Shown: positions 8,387 to 18,500 of the stretch, piece after piece
Position numbering within the stretch: the first letter of the stretch is position 1
Layout: each line of letters opens with the position of its first letter
Assembly (NCBI GenBank): GCA_035628835.1
Contig: DASPJA010000022.1
Coordinates: forward strand, 8,894-72,893
DNA: 64,000 nt
Reading direction: 5' to 3'
Source of the DNA: Allosphingosinicella sp.
GTDB taxonomy: Bacteria > Pseudomonadota > Alphaproteobacteria > Sphingomonadales > Sphingomonadaceae
Program-made: the position numbers and the translations under genes
The notes under the pieces: model-generated
Seen by the model: only the letters and a program-made list of their open reading frames with translations
What the model was told of the DNA's origin: nothing
Database searches by the model: none

Positions 8387-10016
8387 TAGGCCCTCCTCCG
8401 CCTTCGGGGACGACCCAGTTGATGTTCTGGGTCGGATCCTTGATGTCGCACGTCTTGCAGTGGACGCAATTCTGGGCGTTGATCTGAAGCCGCGGCCCGC
8501 TCGCCTCCTCGACGAATTCGTAGACCCCTGCCGGGCAGTATCTTTGCTCGGGCCCGTCGTAGAGCGGCAGATTGACCTGCGTCGGGATGGACGGGTCCTT
8601 CAGCGTCAGATGGACCGGCTGGTCCTCCTCGTGATTGGTGTTCGAGATGAACACCGAGGAGAGGCGGTCGAAGCTGATGACGCCGTCGGGCCTGGGATAG
8701 TCGATCGGCTTCACCAGATCCCGGCGGTACAGCGTCTCATTGTCCGGATGATGCCGCAGCGTGAAGGGCAGGCCAATCCTCAGGTAACGCATCCACATGT
8801 CGGTGCCGGCGAGCAAGGTTCCCATCGTGCCGCCGAACCTGGCGACGAGCGGCTCGACGTTGCGCACCATCTTGAGCTCGGTGGCCACCCAGCTGTTTCG
8901 GAGCGATTCCTCGTAGCCCGACAGCTCGTCCCCCGCCCGATCCTGGGCGATCGCGGCGAAGGCCGCCTCCGCGGCGAGCATTCCGGACTTGATGGCCGTG
9001 TGGCTGCCCTTGATCCTCGGCACGTTGACGAAGCCGGCGGCGCAGCCGATCAGGGCGCCGCCGGGGAAAGCGAGCTTCGGCACCGCCTGCCAGCCGCCCT
9101 CGTTGATCGCCCGGGCGCCGTAGGAGACCCGGCGCCCGCCCTCCAGAATCTCGCGGATGGCGGGATGCTGCTTCCAGCGCTGGAACTCCTCGAAGGGGGA
9201 AAGGTGGGGGTTGCGGTAATTGAGCGCGACGACGAAGCCGAGCGCGACCTGGTTGTTCTCCTGATGGTAGAGGAAGCCGCCGCCCCAGGCGTCGTCGAGC
9301 GGCCAGCCCTGGGTGTGGATGACCCGGCCCGGCACGTGCTTGGCCGGCTCGATGTCCCACAATTCCTTGAGGCCGATGCCGTAGACCTGCGGCTGGCTGT
9401 CCCGGTCGAGGTCGAACTGGCGCTTGAGCTGCTTGGTGAGGTGGCCGCGGGCGCCTTCCGCGAAGAAGGTATAGCGGCCGTGAAGCTCCATTCCGGGCTG
9501 GTAGTCGGAGCGGCGGGTGCCGTCGCGGGCGACGCCCATGTCGCCGGTGGCGACGCCCTTCACCGACCCGTCCTCGTTGAACAGCACCTCGGCGGCGGCG
9601 AAGCCCGGGAAGATCTCGACTCCGAGCGCCTCCGCCTGCCCGGCCAGCCAGCGGCAGAGATTGCCGAGCGAAGCGGTGTAGGTGCCCTTGTTGTTCATGA
9701 AGGGCGGCATCATCAGATGCGGAAACCCGTATTTGCGCTTCTCGGTCAGCACCCAATGGTGATTCTCGACCACCGGCACGGTCAGCGGGCTGTCCAGCTC
9801 CCGCCAGTTGGGCAGAAGCTCGTCTATTCCGCGCGGGTCGATGACGGCACCCGACAGGATGTGGGCTCCGACTTCCGACCCTTTTTCGAGGATGCACACG
9901 CTGAGCTCTCGCCCCGCCTCGTCGGCGAGCTGCTTGAGACGGATGCCGGCGGCGAGGCCGGCGGGGCCGGCGCCGACGATCACCACGTCATAGGGCATCG
10001 ACTCGCGTTCGGACAT
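8370..10016 (-). CDS. Electron transfer flavoprotein-ubiquinone oxidoreductase
   Basis: DVVIVGAGPAG, GAHILSGA, CPAGVYE, NCVHCKTCDIKDP. Confidence 0.95.
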   Translation of the reverse strand: MSERESMPYDVVIVGAGPAGLAAGIRLKQLADEAGRELSVCILEKGSEVGAHILSGAVIDPRGIDELLPNWRELDSPLTVPVVENHHWVLTEKRKYGFPHLMMPPFMNNKGTYTASLGNLCRWLAGQAEALGVEIFPGFAAAEVLFNEDGSVKGVATGDMGVARDGTRRSDYQPGMELHGRYTFFAEGARGHLTKQLKRQFDLDRDSQPQVYGIGLKELWDIEPAKHVPGRVIHTQGWPLDDAWGGGFLYHQENNQVALGFVVALNYRNPHLSPFEEFQRWKQHPAIREILEGGRRVSYGARAINEGGWQAVPKLAFPGGALIGCAAGFVNVPRIKGSHTAIKSGMLAAEAAFAAIAQDRAGDELSGYEESLRNSWVATELKMVRNVEPLVARFGGTMGTLLAGTDMWMRYLRIGLPFTLRHHPDNETLYRRDLVKPIDYPRPDGVISFDRLSSVFISNTNHEEDQPVHLTLKDPSIPTQVNLPLYDGPEQRYCPAGVYEFVEEASGPRLQINAQNCVHCKTCDIKDPTQNINWVVPEGGGGPNYPNM

Positions 10017-10127
10017 CAAGGCGCTCCTGCCGCACGGGCGCTGCGCAACTCGCGTCGTCGCAGGCAGCCAACGTCTGGCAGATAGATAGAGATTTTGAGG
10101 TTGACCAGCCCGCGCGGCACTGACTCC

Positions 10128-10865
10128 ATGGCGATCGTGGAGCGGGGTAACGATGCATTTTCGCCGGCGGCCGCCGAAAGCGCGCTGATCTGGTGGACCG
10201 AGGCGGGCGTCGACACGCTCGTCGACGAAGAGCCGCGCGACTGGCTCAAGCCGAAAGCGAAGGAGGCGCCGGCGCCCGCCCCGGCCGCCGCCGAAGCGCC
10301 CGGCGAGACCCTTCCCGGGCAGCTCGACCTGTTCCAGGCCTGGCTGGCCTCCTCGGATCGCCTCGCCTTCGCTTCCCCATCGGCGCCGCGCATCTGCCCC
10401 TCCGGCGATCCGGCTTCCGGACTGATGATCCTCGCCGATATGCCGAGCGGCGAGGATTGCGCCGCCGGCACCCTGATCAGCGGCGAGGCCGGCCGGCTGT
10501 TCGACCGGATGCTCGCCGCCATCGGCCGCGACCGCAACTCGATCTACCTCGCCGCCCTCTCCTGCATCCGCTCCCCCTCCGGCCAGCTCAACAGCGACTC
10601 GATGAAAAGCTGCGCCGCGCTCGCCCGCCATCATATCGGTCTCGCGGCGCCCCGGGCGGTGCTGCTGTTCGGCGACGCCTGCTCCAAGGCCCTGCTCGGC
10701 CTGTCGGTGCCGCAGGCGCGGGGCCGCTGGCACGAAATCGCCACCCACGCCGGGCCCGTCAAAGCTCTGGCAACCATTGCTCCCCGACAATTGCTGGAGT
10801 CGCCGCGCTTGAAGGCGATGGCCTGGGCCGACCTCCAGATGCTGATCGAAGAGGTGAAGTCATGA
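10128..10865 (+). CDS. Uracil-DNA glycosylase superfamily protein (divergent family-4-like)
   Basis: WW.EAGVD N-terminus; GEAGRLFDRMLAAIG; KAMAWADL. Confidence 0.75.
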   Translation: MAIVERGNDAFSPAAAESALIWWTEAGVDTLVDEEPRDWLKPKAKEAPAPAPAAAEAPGETLPGQLDLFQAWLASSDRLAFASPSAPRICPSGDPASGLMILADMPSGEDCAAGTLISGEAGRLFDRMLAAIGRDRNSIYLAALSCIRSPSGQLNSDSMKSCAALARHHIGLAAPRAVLLFGDACSKALLGLSVPQARGRWHEIATHAGPVKALATIAPRQLLESPRLKAMAWADLQMLIEEVKS

Positions 10866-12616
10866 CGAAGCTCCGCCCCCTCCTGCTCGCCGCGGCGCTC
10901 GCCCTGCCGGCATCGCCGGCCTTCGCGGACGACGGCGCCCGCCCGCGAGCGGCGGTCGCGGCGGCGCTGACCCCGGACCAGCGCAGCGGCTATCGCGACG
11001 TCTTCGCCGCCATTCGGGCGAGCGACTGGCCGGGAGCCTCGGCGAGGCTCGCGGCGATGCCCGAAGGCCCGCTCCACGATGTCGCACGCGCCGAGCTGTT
11101 CCTCGCCAAGGGATCGCCCAGGGTGGAGCTCCCCGACCTCCTCCCGGTGCTCGCCCGAGCGCCCGAAATGCCGAAGGCGGAGCAGATCGCCCGCCTCGCT
11201 TTGACCCGCGGGGCGACGGAGCTGCCGAGCCTGCCGGAGGCGCAGAAGCTGGTCTGGGTCGGCAGCCAGCCGCGGCGCTCGCGGGCCGAGGCGACGAAGG
11301 GCGACCAGGCGGCGGCCGAGCTCGAGCCGCTCGTCCAGCCGCTGATCAAGGACAACCGGCCCTACGAGGCGGAGGCGATCTTCCTGCAGCGCCAGGATCT
11401 GCTCGGCCCGGAGGCCCGGACCGAATATCAGCAGCGAATCGCCTGGTCCTATTACATCGTCGGCAACGATCGAGACGCCCGCCGCCTCGCCGCCCTCGCC
11501 CGCGCCGGCAGCGGCGAATGGGCGGTCCACGGCGCCTGGTCGGAAGGGCTCGCCGCGTGGCGCGAGGGAGACTGCAAGGGCGCGGCCGACGCGTTCGGAA
11601 ACGTCTCCGGCCGGTCCAGCGACGTCGAGATGGTCGCCGCCGCCCATTATTGGAGCGCCCGGGCCGAGATGATGTGCGGCCGGCCGGAGCGGGTCCAGGG
11701 CCAGCTGCGCGCCGCCGCCCGGCAGAAGGAGACCTTCTACGGCCTCATCGCCTCGACCGCGCTCGGCATCGGCGGCGCCGGAGCGTCGGGGATGCACAAT
11801 TACCGCGACTCCGAATGGCGGGGAATCGCCGGCAAGCCGAACGTTCGCGCCGCACTGGCACTGGTCGAGATCGGCGAGACCGAGCTGGCCGACCAGTTCC
11901 TTCGCCACCAGGCGCGGATCGGCGGCGCCGGGGACCACAATGCCCTCCTCCACCTCGCCGCCGATCTCGACCTCGCCTCGACCCAATATTGGCTGGCGCA
12001 CAACGCCCCGCGCGGGGCCAGCGTCAACTTCGCCGCGCGCTATCCCCGGCCCGACTGGCGGCCGACCCGGGGCTGGCGGGTCGATCCCTCGCTCGCCTTC
12101 GCGCACGCGCTTCAGGAGTCGAACTTCCGCACCTCCGTCGTCAGCCCGGCCGGAGCGGTCGGCCTGATGCAGGTTCGGCCCGGCACCGCCGGCGATATCG
12201 CCCGCGCCCGCGGCGAGCCGTTCGACCGGCAGATGCTGGCCAGCCCCGCCGCCAATATCGAGTTCGGGCAAAGCTATATCGAGGCGCTCCGCGACCACGG
12301 CGCCACCGGCGGCCTGCTGCCCAAGGTGATCGCCGCCTACAATGCGGGGCCGGTGCCGGTGGCGGAGTGGAACGCCCGCCGCTTCGACAAGGGCGACCCC
12401 CTCCTCTACATCGAGTCGCTGCCTTATTGGGAGACGCGCGGCTACGTTCCGATCGTGCTTCGCAACTACTGGATCTACGAGGAGGAAGCGGGGAAGCCGG
12501 GCCCCAGCCGCGCCGCCCTCGCCCAGGGCATGTGGCCGAAATTCCCCGGCATGGCCGGAGCGAGCGCGGTGCGGCTCAAGGCGGAGGAGACCAGGCTGGC
12601 CTACGGCACCGAATAG
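10862..12616 (+). CDS. Soluble lytic transglycosylase (SLT domain)
   Basis: Signal peptide; QESNF, GAVGLMQV, AAYNAG, ETRGYV. Confidence 0.9.
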   Translation: MTKLRPLLLAAALALPASPAFADDGARPRAAVAAALTPDQRSGYRDVFAAIRASDWPGASARLAAMPEGPLHDVARAELFLAKGSPRVELPDLLPVLARAPEMPKAEQIARLALTRGATELPSLPEAQKLVWVGSQPRRSRAEATKGDQAAAELEPLVQPLIKDNRPYEAEAIFLQRQDLLGPEARTEYQQRIAWSYYIVGNDRDARRLAALARAGSGEWAVHGAWSEGLAAWREGDCKGAADAFGNVSGRSSDVEMVAAAHYWSARAEMMCGRPERVQGQLRAAARQKETFYGLIASTALGIGGAGASGMHNYRDSEWRGIAGKPNVRAALALVEIGETELADQFLRHQARIGGAGDHNALLHLAADLDLASTQYWLAHNAPRGASVNFAARYPRPDWRPTRGWRVDPSLAFAHALQESNFRTSVVSPAGAVGLMQVRPGTAGDIARARGEPFDRQMLASPAANIEFGQSYIEALRDHGATGGLLPKVIAAYNAGPVPVAEWNARRFDKGDPLLYIESLPYWETRGYVPIVLRNYWIYEEEAGKPGPSRAALAQGMWPKFPGMAGASAVRLKAEETRLAYGTE

Positions 12617-12622
12617 CCATCG

Positions 12623-12655
12623 GTTCTTGCTATGTTCTGAGGCTGGGCGTATAAC
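12623..12655 (+). promoter_or_regulatory. LexA (SOS) box overlapping a sigma70 promoter
   Basis: GTTC-ttgctat-GTTC 12623-12637; TTGCTA-17-TATAAC. Confidence 0.8.
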
Positions 12656-12662
12656 GCTCCCC

Positions 12663-13739
12663 ATGCCCCGCCCCGACGTCCGTCACGGCCGCGGCGCGCC
12701 CGAGAACCGGACGCCGACGCGCTTCAACCTACCGGTGCGGGAGGCGGACGGCGACTGGCTCGACGCTCGCGAGGAGGTGGATGAGGGGCCGCCGCCGCTT
12801 CGGACCACGGTCACCGTCGAGAAGCCGAAGACAATCATCGCCTGGAACCGCTCGCCCGACATCGGCTTCGACCGCTCGATCAACTCCTACCGGGGCTGCG
12901 AGCATGGCTGCATCTATTGCTTCGCCCGGCCGACCCATGCGTTCCACGATCTGTCGCCCGGCCTCGATTTCGAGACCAGGCTGTTCGCCAAGCCGGACGC
13001 GGCCAGGATCCTTCGCGAGGAGCTGGCCAGGCCCGGCTATGTGGTTCGCTCCATGGCGATGGGCACCAACACCGATCCCTACCAGCCGATCGAGGCCAAA
13101 TGGCGGATCACCCGCTCGGTGCTCGAGGTGCTGGCCGAGACGAAGCACCCGGTGACGATCACGACCAAGTCGGACCGGGTGCTCCGCGACCTCGACATAT
13201 TGGCGCCGATGGCGGCGGAAGGGCTGGCGGCGGTGGCGGTGTCGGTGACGTCGCTCACTCCGGAAATCTCCCGCACGCTGGAGCCGCGGGCGCCGTCGGG
13301 ACGCAAGCGGCTGGCCGCGGTGAAGGCGCTGAGCGAGGCGGGAATCCCGACCATCGTCGCCGTCGCGCCGGTCATCCCCGGAATCACCGACCACGAGGTC
13401 GAGCATATCCTCGAGGCTGCGGCGGAAGCGGGGGCGAAGGGCGCCTTCTTCCTGCCGGTGCGGCTGCCCCACGAGGTGGCGCCCCTGTTCCGCGCCTGGC
13501 TGGACGAGCATTTTCCGGACCGGGCCGACAAGGTGATGAACATCATCCGCTCCATGCGCGGCGGCAAGGACAACGACCCCAACTGGTTCACCCGGATGAA
13601 GGGCCAGGGCCCGTGGGCGGAGCTGCTCAGGGTGCGCTTCGAGGTGGCCGCGAGGAAGCACGGGCTGAACCGCGAGAAAAGCAGGCTGCGCACGGACCTG
13701 TTCGTGCCGCCGCAGGGGCCGCAGCTGAGATTGTTGTAA
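12663..13739 (+). CDS. PA0069-family radical SAM protein (SplB-like, DNA repair-associated)
   Basis: YRGCEHGCIYCFARP (CxxxCxxC), GTNTDPYQP. Confidence 0.9.
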   Translation: MPRPDVRHGRGAPENRTPTRFNLPVREADGDWLDAREEVDEGPPPLRTTVTVEKPKTIIAWNRSPDIGFDRSINSYRGCEHGCIYCFARPTHAFHDLSPGLDFETRLFAKPDAARILREELARPGYVVRSMAMGTNTDPYQPIEAKWRITRSVLEVLAETKHPVTITTKSDRVLRDLDILAPMAAEGLAAVAVSVTSLTPEISRTLEPRAPSGRKRLAAVKALSEAGIPTIVAVAPVIPGITDHEVEHILEAAAEAGAKGAFFLPVRLPHEVAPLFRAWLDEHFPDRADKVMNIIRSMRGGKDNDPNWFTRMKGQGPWAELLRVRFEVAARKHGLNREKSRLRTDLFVPPQGPQLRLL

Positions 13740-13874
13740 ATCCTCCCCATGCGCAGCATGGGGAGGGGGACCATGCGAAGGGTGGTGAAGGGGTAGCTGG
13801 CAAAAGCCTGCGGCAATTACCCCTCCACCAGGCTTCGCCTGGTCCCCCCTCCCCAAGCAGGCTTGGGGAGGATT
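13739..13874. repeat. Palindromic repeat family E (TCCTCCCC...GGGGAGGA), full copy
   Basis: Nested hairpins fill the whole gap between two convergent stop codons. Confidence 0.8.
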
Positions 13875-15464
13875 TCAGGCCGCGCTGCTCAGCCGGTAGT
13901 CGCGATATTCCTCCCTCAGCGCCGTCTTGAGCAGCTTGCCCGTCGCCGTGTGGGGCAGGCTCTCGACGAACAATATCTCGTCGGGAAGCCACCATTTCGC
14001 GACATGGCCTTCGAGATGGTCGAGGATCTGCTGCGGAGTCACGTCCATCCCGCTCTTCTTCACCACCAGCAGGATCGGCCTTTCGTCCCACTTCGGATGC
14101 TTGACTCCCACGGCCGCGGCCTCGGCGACCCCGGGGCAGCCGACGGCGGCGTTCTCGAGGTCGATCGAGCTGATCCATTCGCCGCCCGACTTGATGACGT
14201 CCTTGGACCGGTCGGTGATCTGGAGAACGCCGTCCGGGTGGAGAGCGGCGACGTCGCCGGTATCGAACCAGCCCTCCTCGTCGATGCAATCGCCGCGCTC
14301 GTCCTGGAAATACTGGCGGATGATCCAGGGCCCGCGGGTCTGCAGCCGGCCGGAGGTCTTGCCGTCGCGGGGAAGGAGATTGCCGTCGTCGTCGACGGTT
14401 CGAAGCTCGACCCCGAACGGCACCCTGCCCTGCTTGCACAGCAAAGCGACGCGCTGCTCGCGGCTGAGCTCGTCCCAGTCGCCGCTGCCGGCGCCGACGG
14501 TGCCGAGCGGCGACATCTCGGTCATTCCCCAGGCGTGGCCGACCCGGATGCCGCGGTCCATGAACCATTCGATCATCGCCCGCGGCGCCGCCGAGCCGCC
14601 GATATGGACGGTGGTCAGCTTGCCGAGATCCTCGCCGGTCGAATCGACATGGTTGACGAGGGCGAGCCAGACGGTCGGGACGCCGGCGGTATGGGTGACT
14701 CCCTCCCCCTTCATCAGATCACACATGACCTGCGGCGTGTAGTCGGCCGAGAAGACCATCTTGCCGCCCGCCATCGCCGTGCAGAAGGGCAAGGCCCAGC
14801 CGGCGGCATGGAACATCGGCACCACCGGAAGCACCACCGCGCGGGCGCTGAGGTCGAACACGTCCGGGCTCATCTGCACCATGGCGTGGAGCACGGTCGA
14901 GCGGTGCTCGTAGAGCACGCCCTTCGGATTGCCGGTCGTTCCGCTGGTGTAGCAGAGCATCGCCGGCTCGCGCTCGTCGCCTTCGACCCAGGCATAATCG
15001 CCGCTCTCGGCGCCGATCAGCGCCTCGAACTCGGGCGAATCGAAGCAGACATAATGCTCGATGCTGGCCCAGCGCGGCTTCAGCCGCTCGACCAGCGGCG
15101 CGAAGGCGGCGTCGTAGAAGAGCACCCGGTCCTCGGCATGGTTGGCGATGTAGAGGAGCTGGTCGTCGAACAGGCGCGGGTTGATGGTGTGGATGACCCC
15201 GCCCATGCCGATCGTTCCGTACCAGGCGACGACGTGGCGGCTGTGGTTCATCGCCAGCGTCCCGACCCGGTCGCCCGGCTTCAGCCCGAGCCGCTCCAGG
15301 GCCTGCGCGAGCTTGCGCGAATCCCTCGCCACCCCGGCCCAGTCGGTGCGCTCGACCCTGCCGTCGGCATAGCGCGAGACGAGCTCGCGGCGGCCGTGCT
15401 CGCGCGCCGAATGGTCGAGGATCCGCATGATCCTCAGCGGCCAGTCCTGCATCCCTCCGAGCAT
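13875..15464 (-). CDS. Long-chain fatty acid--CoA ligase
   Basis: [37 protein letters not shown]. Confidence 0.9.
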   Translation of the reverse strand: MLGGMQDWPLRIMRILDHSAREHGRRELVSRYADGRVERTDWAGVARDSRKLAQALERLGLKPGDRVGTLAMNHSRHVVAWYGTIGMGGVIHTINPRLFDDQLLYIANHAEDRVLFYDAAFAPLVERLKPRWASIEHYVCFDSPEFEALIGAESGDYAWVEGDEREPAMLCYTSGTTGNPKGVLYEHRSTVLHAMVQMSPDVFDLSARAVVLPVVPMFHAAGWALPFCTAMAGGKMVFSADYTPQVMCDLMKGEGVTHTAGVPTVWLALVNHVDSTGEDLGKLTTVHIGGSAAPRAMIEWFMDRGIRVGHAWGMTEMSPLGTVGAGSGDWDELSREQRVALLCKQGRVPFGVELRTVDDDGNLLPRDGKTSGRLQTRGPWIIRQYFQDERGDCIDEEGWFDTGDVAALHPDGVLQITDRSKDVIKSGGEWISSIDLENAAVGCPGVAEAAAVGVKHPKWDERPILLVVKKSGMDVTPQQILDHLEGHVAKWWLPDEILFVESLPHTATGKLLKTALREEYRDYRLSSAA

Positions 15465-15501
15465 GATCCCTCCAAGCGCTGGAAGGGGACAGTCTATGCG
15501 C

Positions 15502-18500
15502 TCAGGAGACGAGCGCAAGCCGCGGTTGCGGGGCGACCGAGAGGCGCACCGCGACGACCCCCTCGATCCGCTCGAGACGCGCCGCAAGCTCGGCGTCGAG
15601 CCGGAAGTCTCGGCCCAGCACGAGCAAGGCTTCGCCGACGCCCAGCTTCACCCTGAGGTGAAGCTCGCCATGGCCGCCGCGGTCGTCGGCGGTGGCGGCC
15701 TTCAGGCGCTCGATCGCCTCGACTTGATCCACTTCGATCTCGAGCTGGAGCCGGGCGCGCTTGGACAGGCTCTCGAACAGCTGCAGCGAGCGGATGGTGA
15801 CCCGCGGCGCCTCCTCCCCCGGGCGGCGGTCCAGCTCCACGCTCAGCAGGGCGCAGGCGCCGGACTTGGCGGCGGCCTCGATCTGCTCGGAGGCGTCGTC
15901 GTCGAACACGGTGGCGACGAACTGGCCGGACGAGTCCGACATCGTCGCCATCAGATAGCGGCGGCCCCGCGCCGAGGTGCGCCAGCGCGCGTCCTCGACC
16001 ATGCCGGCCATCACAGCCCCGGTGCGGCCGCCGTCGGGCGGCGCCGGCAGCGACGCCAGCGCCGCATAGGTCTTCGCGCCGTGCGCCTCGGCGAGGTGGC
16101 GGTAGCGATCGACCGGGTGGGCCGAGAAATAGAAGCCGAACGCGTCCTTCTCGGCCGACATGCGCTGGGCAAGGGTCCAGGTCGCCGCGACCGGCATACG
16201 GATCGGAACGACGTTCGATTCGCCGCCTCCGAACAGTCCGCCCTGTCCGCTCTCGCGAGCGTCGGCGGCGCTGGCGGCATGGGCGAGGATGGTCTCGGCC
16301 GCGGCGAAGACGGCGGCGCGGTTGGAGTCGAGCGGGTCGAAGGCGCCGCCGGCGGCGAGGCTCTCGATCTGGCGGCGATTGAGAAGGCGGGGATCCACCC
16401 GCTCGGCGAAATCCTCGAGCGACTTGAAGGCGCCGTTCAGCCGCCGCTCCTCGACCAAGAGCTCCATCGCCTTCTCGCCGACGCCCTTGAGCGCGCCGAG
16501 CGCATAGCGGACGGCTAGGCCCCCCGCCTTCAGGGGAGGGGTTGGGGTGGGGGATGTCTCGGCGCGGCTCACAAGCCCCACCCCAAACCCCTCCCCTGAA
16601 GGGGAGGGGCTTTCGATCCCCTCCACCGAGAACTCGGCCTCGCTGGCGTTGATCGAGGGCGGCAGGCACTCGACCGCCAGACGCCGCATATCGTCGGTGA
16701 AGATGGCGAGCTTGTCGGTCTGGTGGATATCGAAGCACATCGAGGCGGCGTAGAACTCGACCGGATGGTGGGCCTTCAGCCAGGCGGTCTGGTAGGCGAT
16801 CAGCGCGTAGGCGGCGGCGTGGCTCTTGTTGAAGCCGTAGCCGGCGAACTTGTCGATCAAGTCGAACAGCTCGTTGGCCTTGGCTTTCGGAATGGCGTTG
16901 ACCCGCTCGCAGCCGGCGACGAAGCCTGCCCGCTGGGCGTCCATCTCGGACTTGATCTTCTTGCCCATGGCTCGGCGGAGAAGGTCGGCCTCGCCGAGGC
17001 TGAAGCCGGCGAGGACCTTGGCCGCCTCCATCACCTGCTCCTGGTAGACGAAGATGCCGTAGGTCTCCTTGAGCACCGGCTCCAGCAAAGGGTGCGGATA
17101 TTCGATCGGCTCGCGGCCGTTCTTGCGGGCGCCGAACATGGGGATGTTGTCCATCGGTCCCGGACGGTAGAGCGAAACGAGGGCGATGATGTCCTCGAAG
17201 CTGGTCGGCTTCACCGCCGCCAGGGTGCGGCGCATGCCTTCGGATTCGAGCTGGAACACGCCGACCGTATCGCCGCGCTGGAGCAGCCTGTAGACCTCCT
17301 CGTCGTCCCAGGCGAGGCGGTCGAGATCGGCGGTGACTCCGCGCTTCGCAAGCATCTGCACCGCTTTTTGAAGCACCGACAGAGTCTTCAGGCCGAGGAA
17401 GTCGAACTTCACAAGCCCCGCCGCCTCGACATATTTCATGTCGAACTGGGTGACGGGCATGTCTGAGCGCGGGTCGCGGTAGAGCGGGACGAGCTGGTCG
17501 AGGGGGCGGTCGCCGATGACGACTCCGGCGGCGTGGGTCGAGGCGTGGCGGGGCAGGCCCTCGAGCTTCATCGCCAGGTCGAACAGGCGCCGGACCTGGG
17601 AATCGTTCTTATACTCGGCGGCGAGCTCGGTGACTCCGTTCAGCGCCCGCTCCAGAGTCCATGGGTCGGTGGGGTGGTTGGGGATGGCCTTGGCGAGCCT
17701 GTCGACCTGCCCGTAGGGCATTTGCAGGACCCGGCCCGTGTCCTTGAGCACGGCCCGTGCCTTGAGCTTCCCGAAGGTGATGATCTGGGCGACCTTGTCG
17801 GTGCCGTAGCGATTCTGGACGTAACGGATGACCTCGCCGCGCCGGGTTTCGCAGAAATCGATGTCGAAGTCCGGCATCGACACGCGCTCGGGATTGAGGA
17901 AGCGCTCGAACAGCAGTCCGAGCCGGATCGGATCGAGATCGGTGATGGTCAGCGCCCAGGCGACGACCGAGCCCGCTCCCGAGCCGCGGCCGGGGCCGAC
18001 CGGAATATCGTTCTCCTTGGCCCATTTGATGAAGTCGGCGACGATGAGGAAGTAGGCGGAAAAGCCCATTCGGACGATGATGTCGGCTTCATATTCGAGC
18101 CGGTCGAAATAGGCCTTCCGCTCCTCTTCCCTCAGCCCGTCATAATGGGCGAGCCGCTCTTCGAGCCCGGCGCGGGCGTCGCGGAGAAGCTGCCCGGCTT
18201 CCGCTTCGGTATCGCCGGCGATGCTCGGCAGGATCGGCTTGCGCTTGGGCGCTCCGAACGCGCAGCGGCGGGCGATGACTCCGCTATTCTCGATCGCTTC
18301 CGGAATATCCGCGAACAGCCGCCGCATCTCCGCGGCCGGCTTGAGCCAGGCCTCAGGCGAGGACCGCCGGCGATCGTCGCGGTCCAGCTGGCTCGACTGG
18401 GCGATGCACAGCAAGGCGTCGTGCGCTTCATGGAAATGGGCGTCGGCGTAGGAGGCCGGGTTGGTCGCGACCAGCGGCAGGTCATGCTGGTAGGCAAGCT

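Noticed and set aside
16519-16610. Intein or intron in dnaE
   Set aside because: Only ~30 aa, no C/S...HN splice motifs, and the DNA matches the intergenic repeat family
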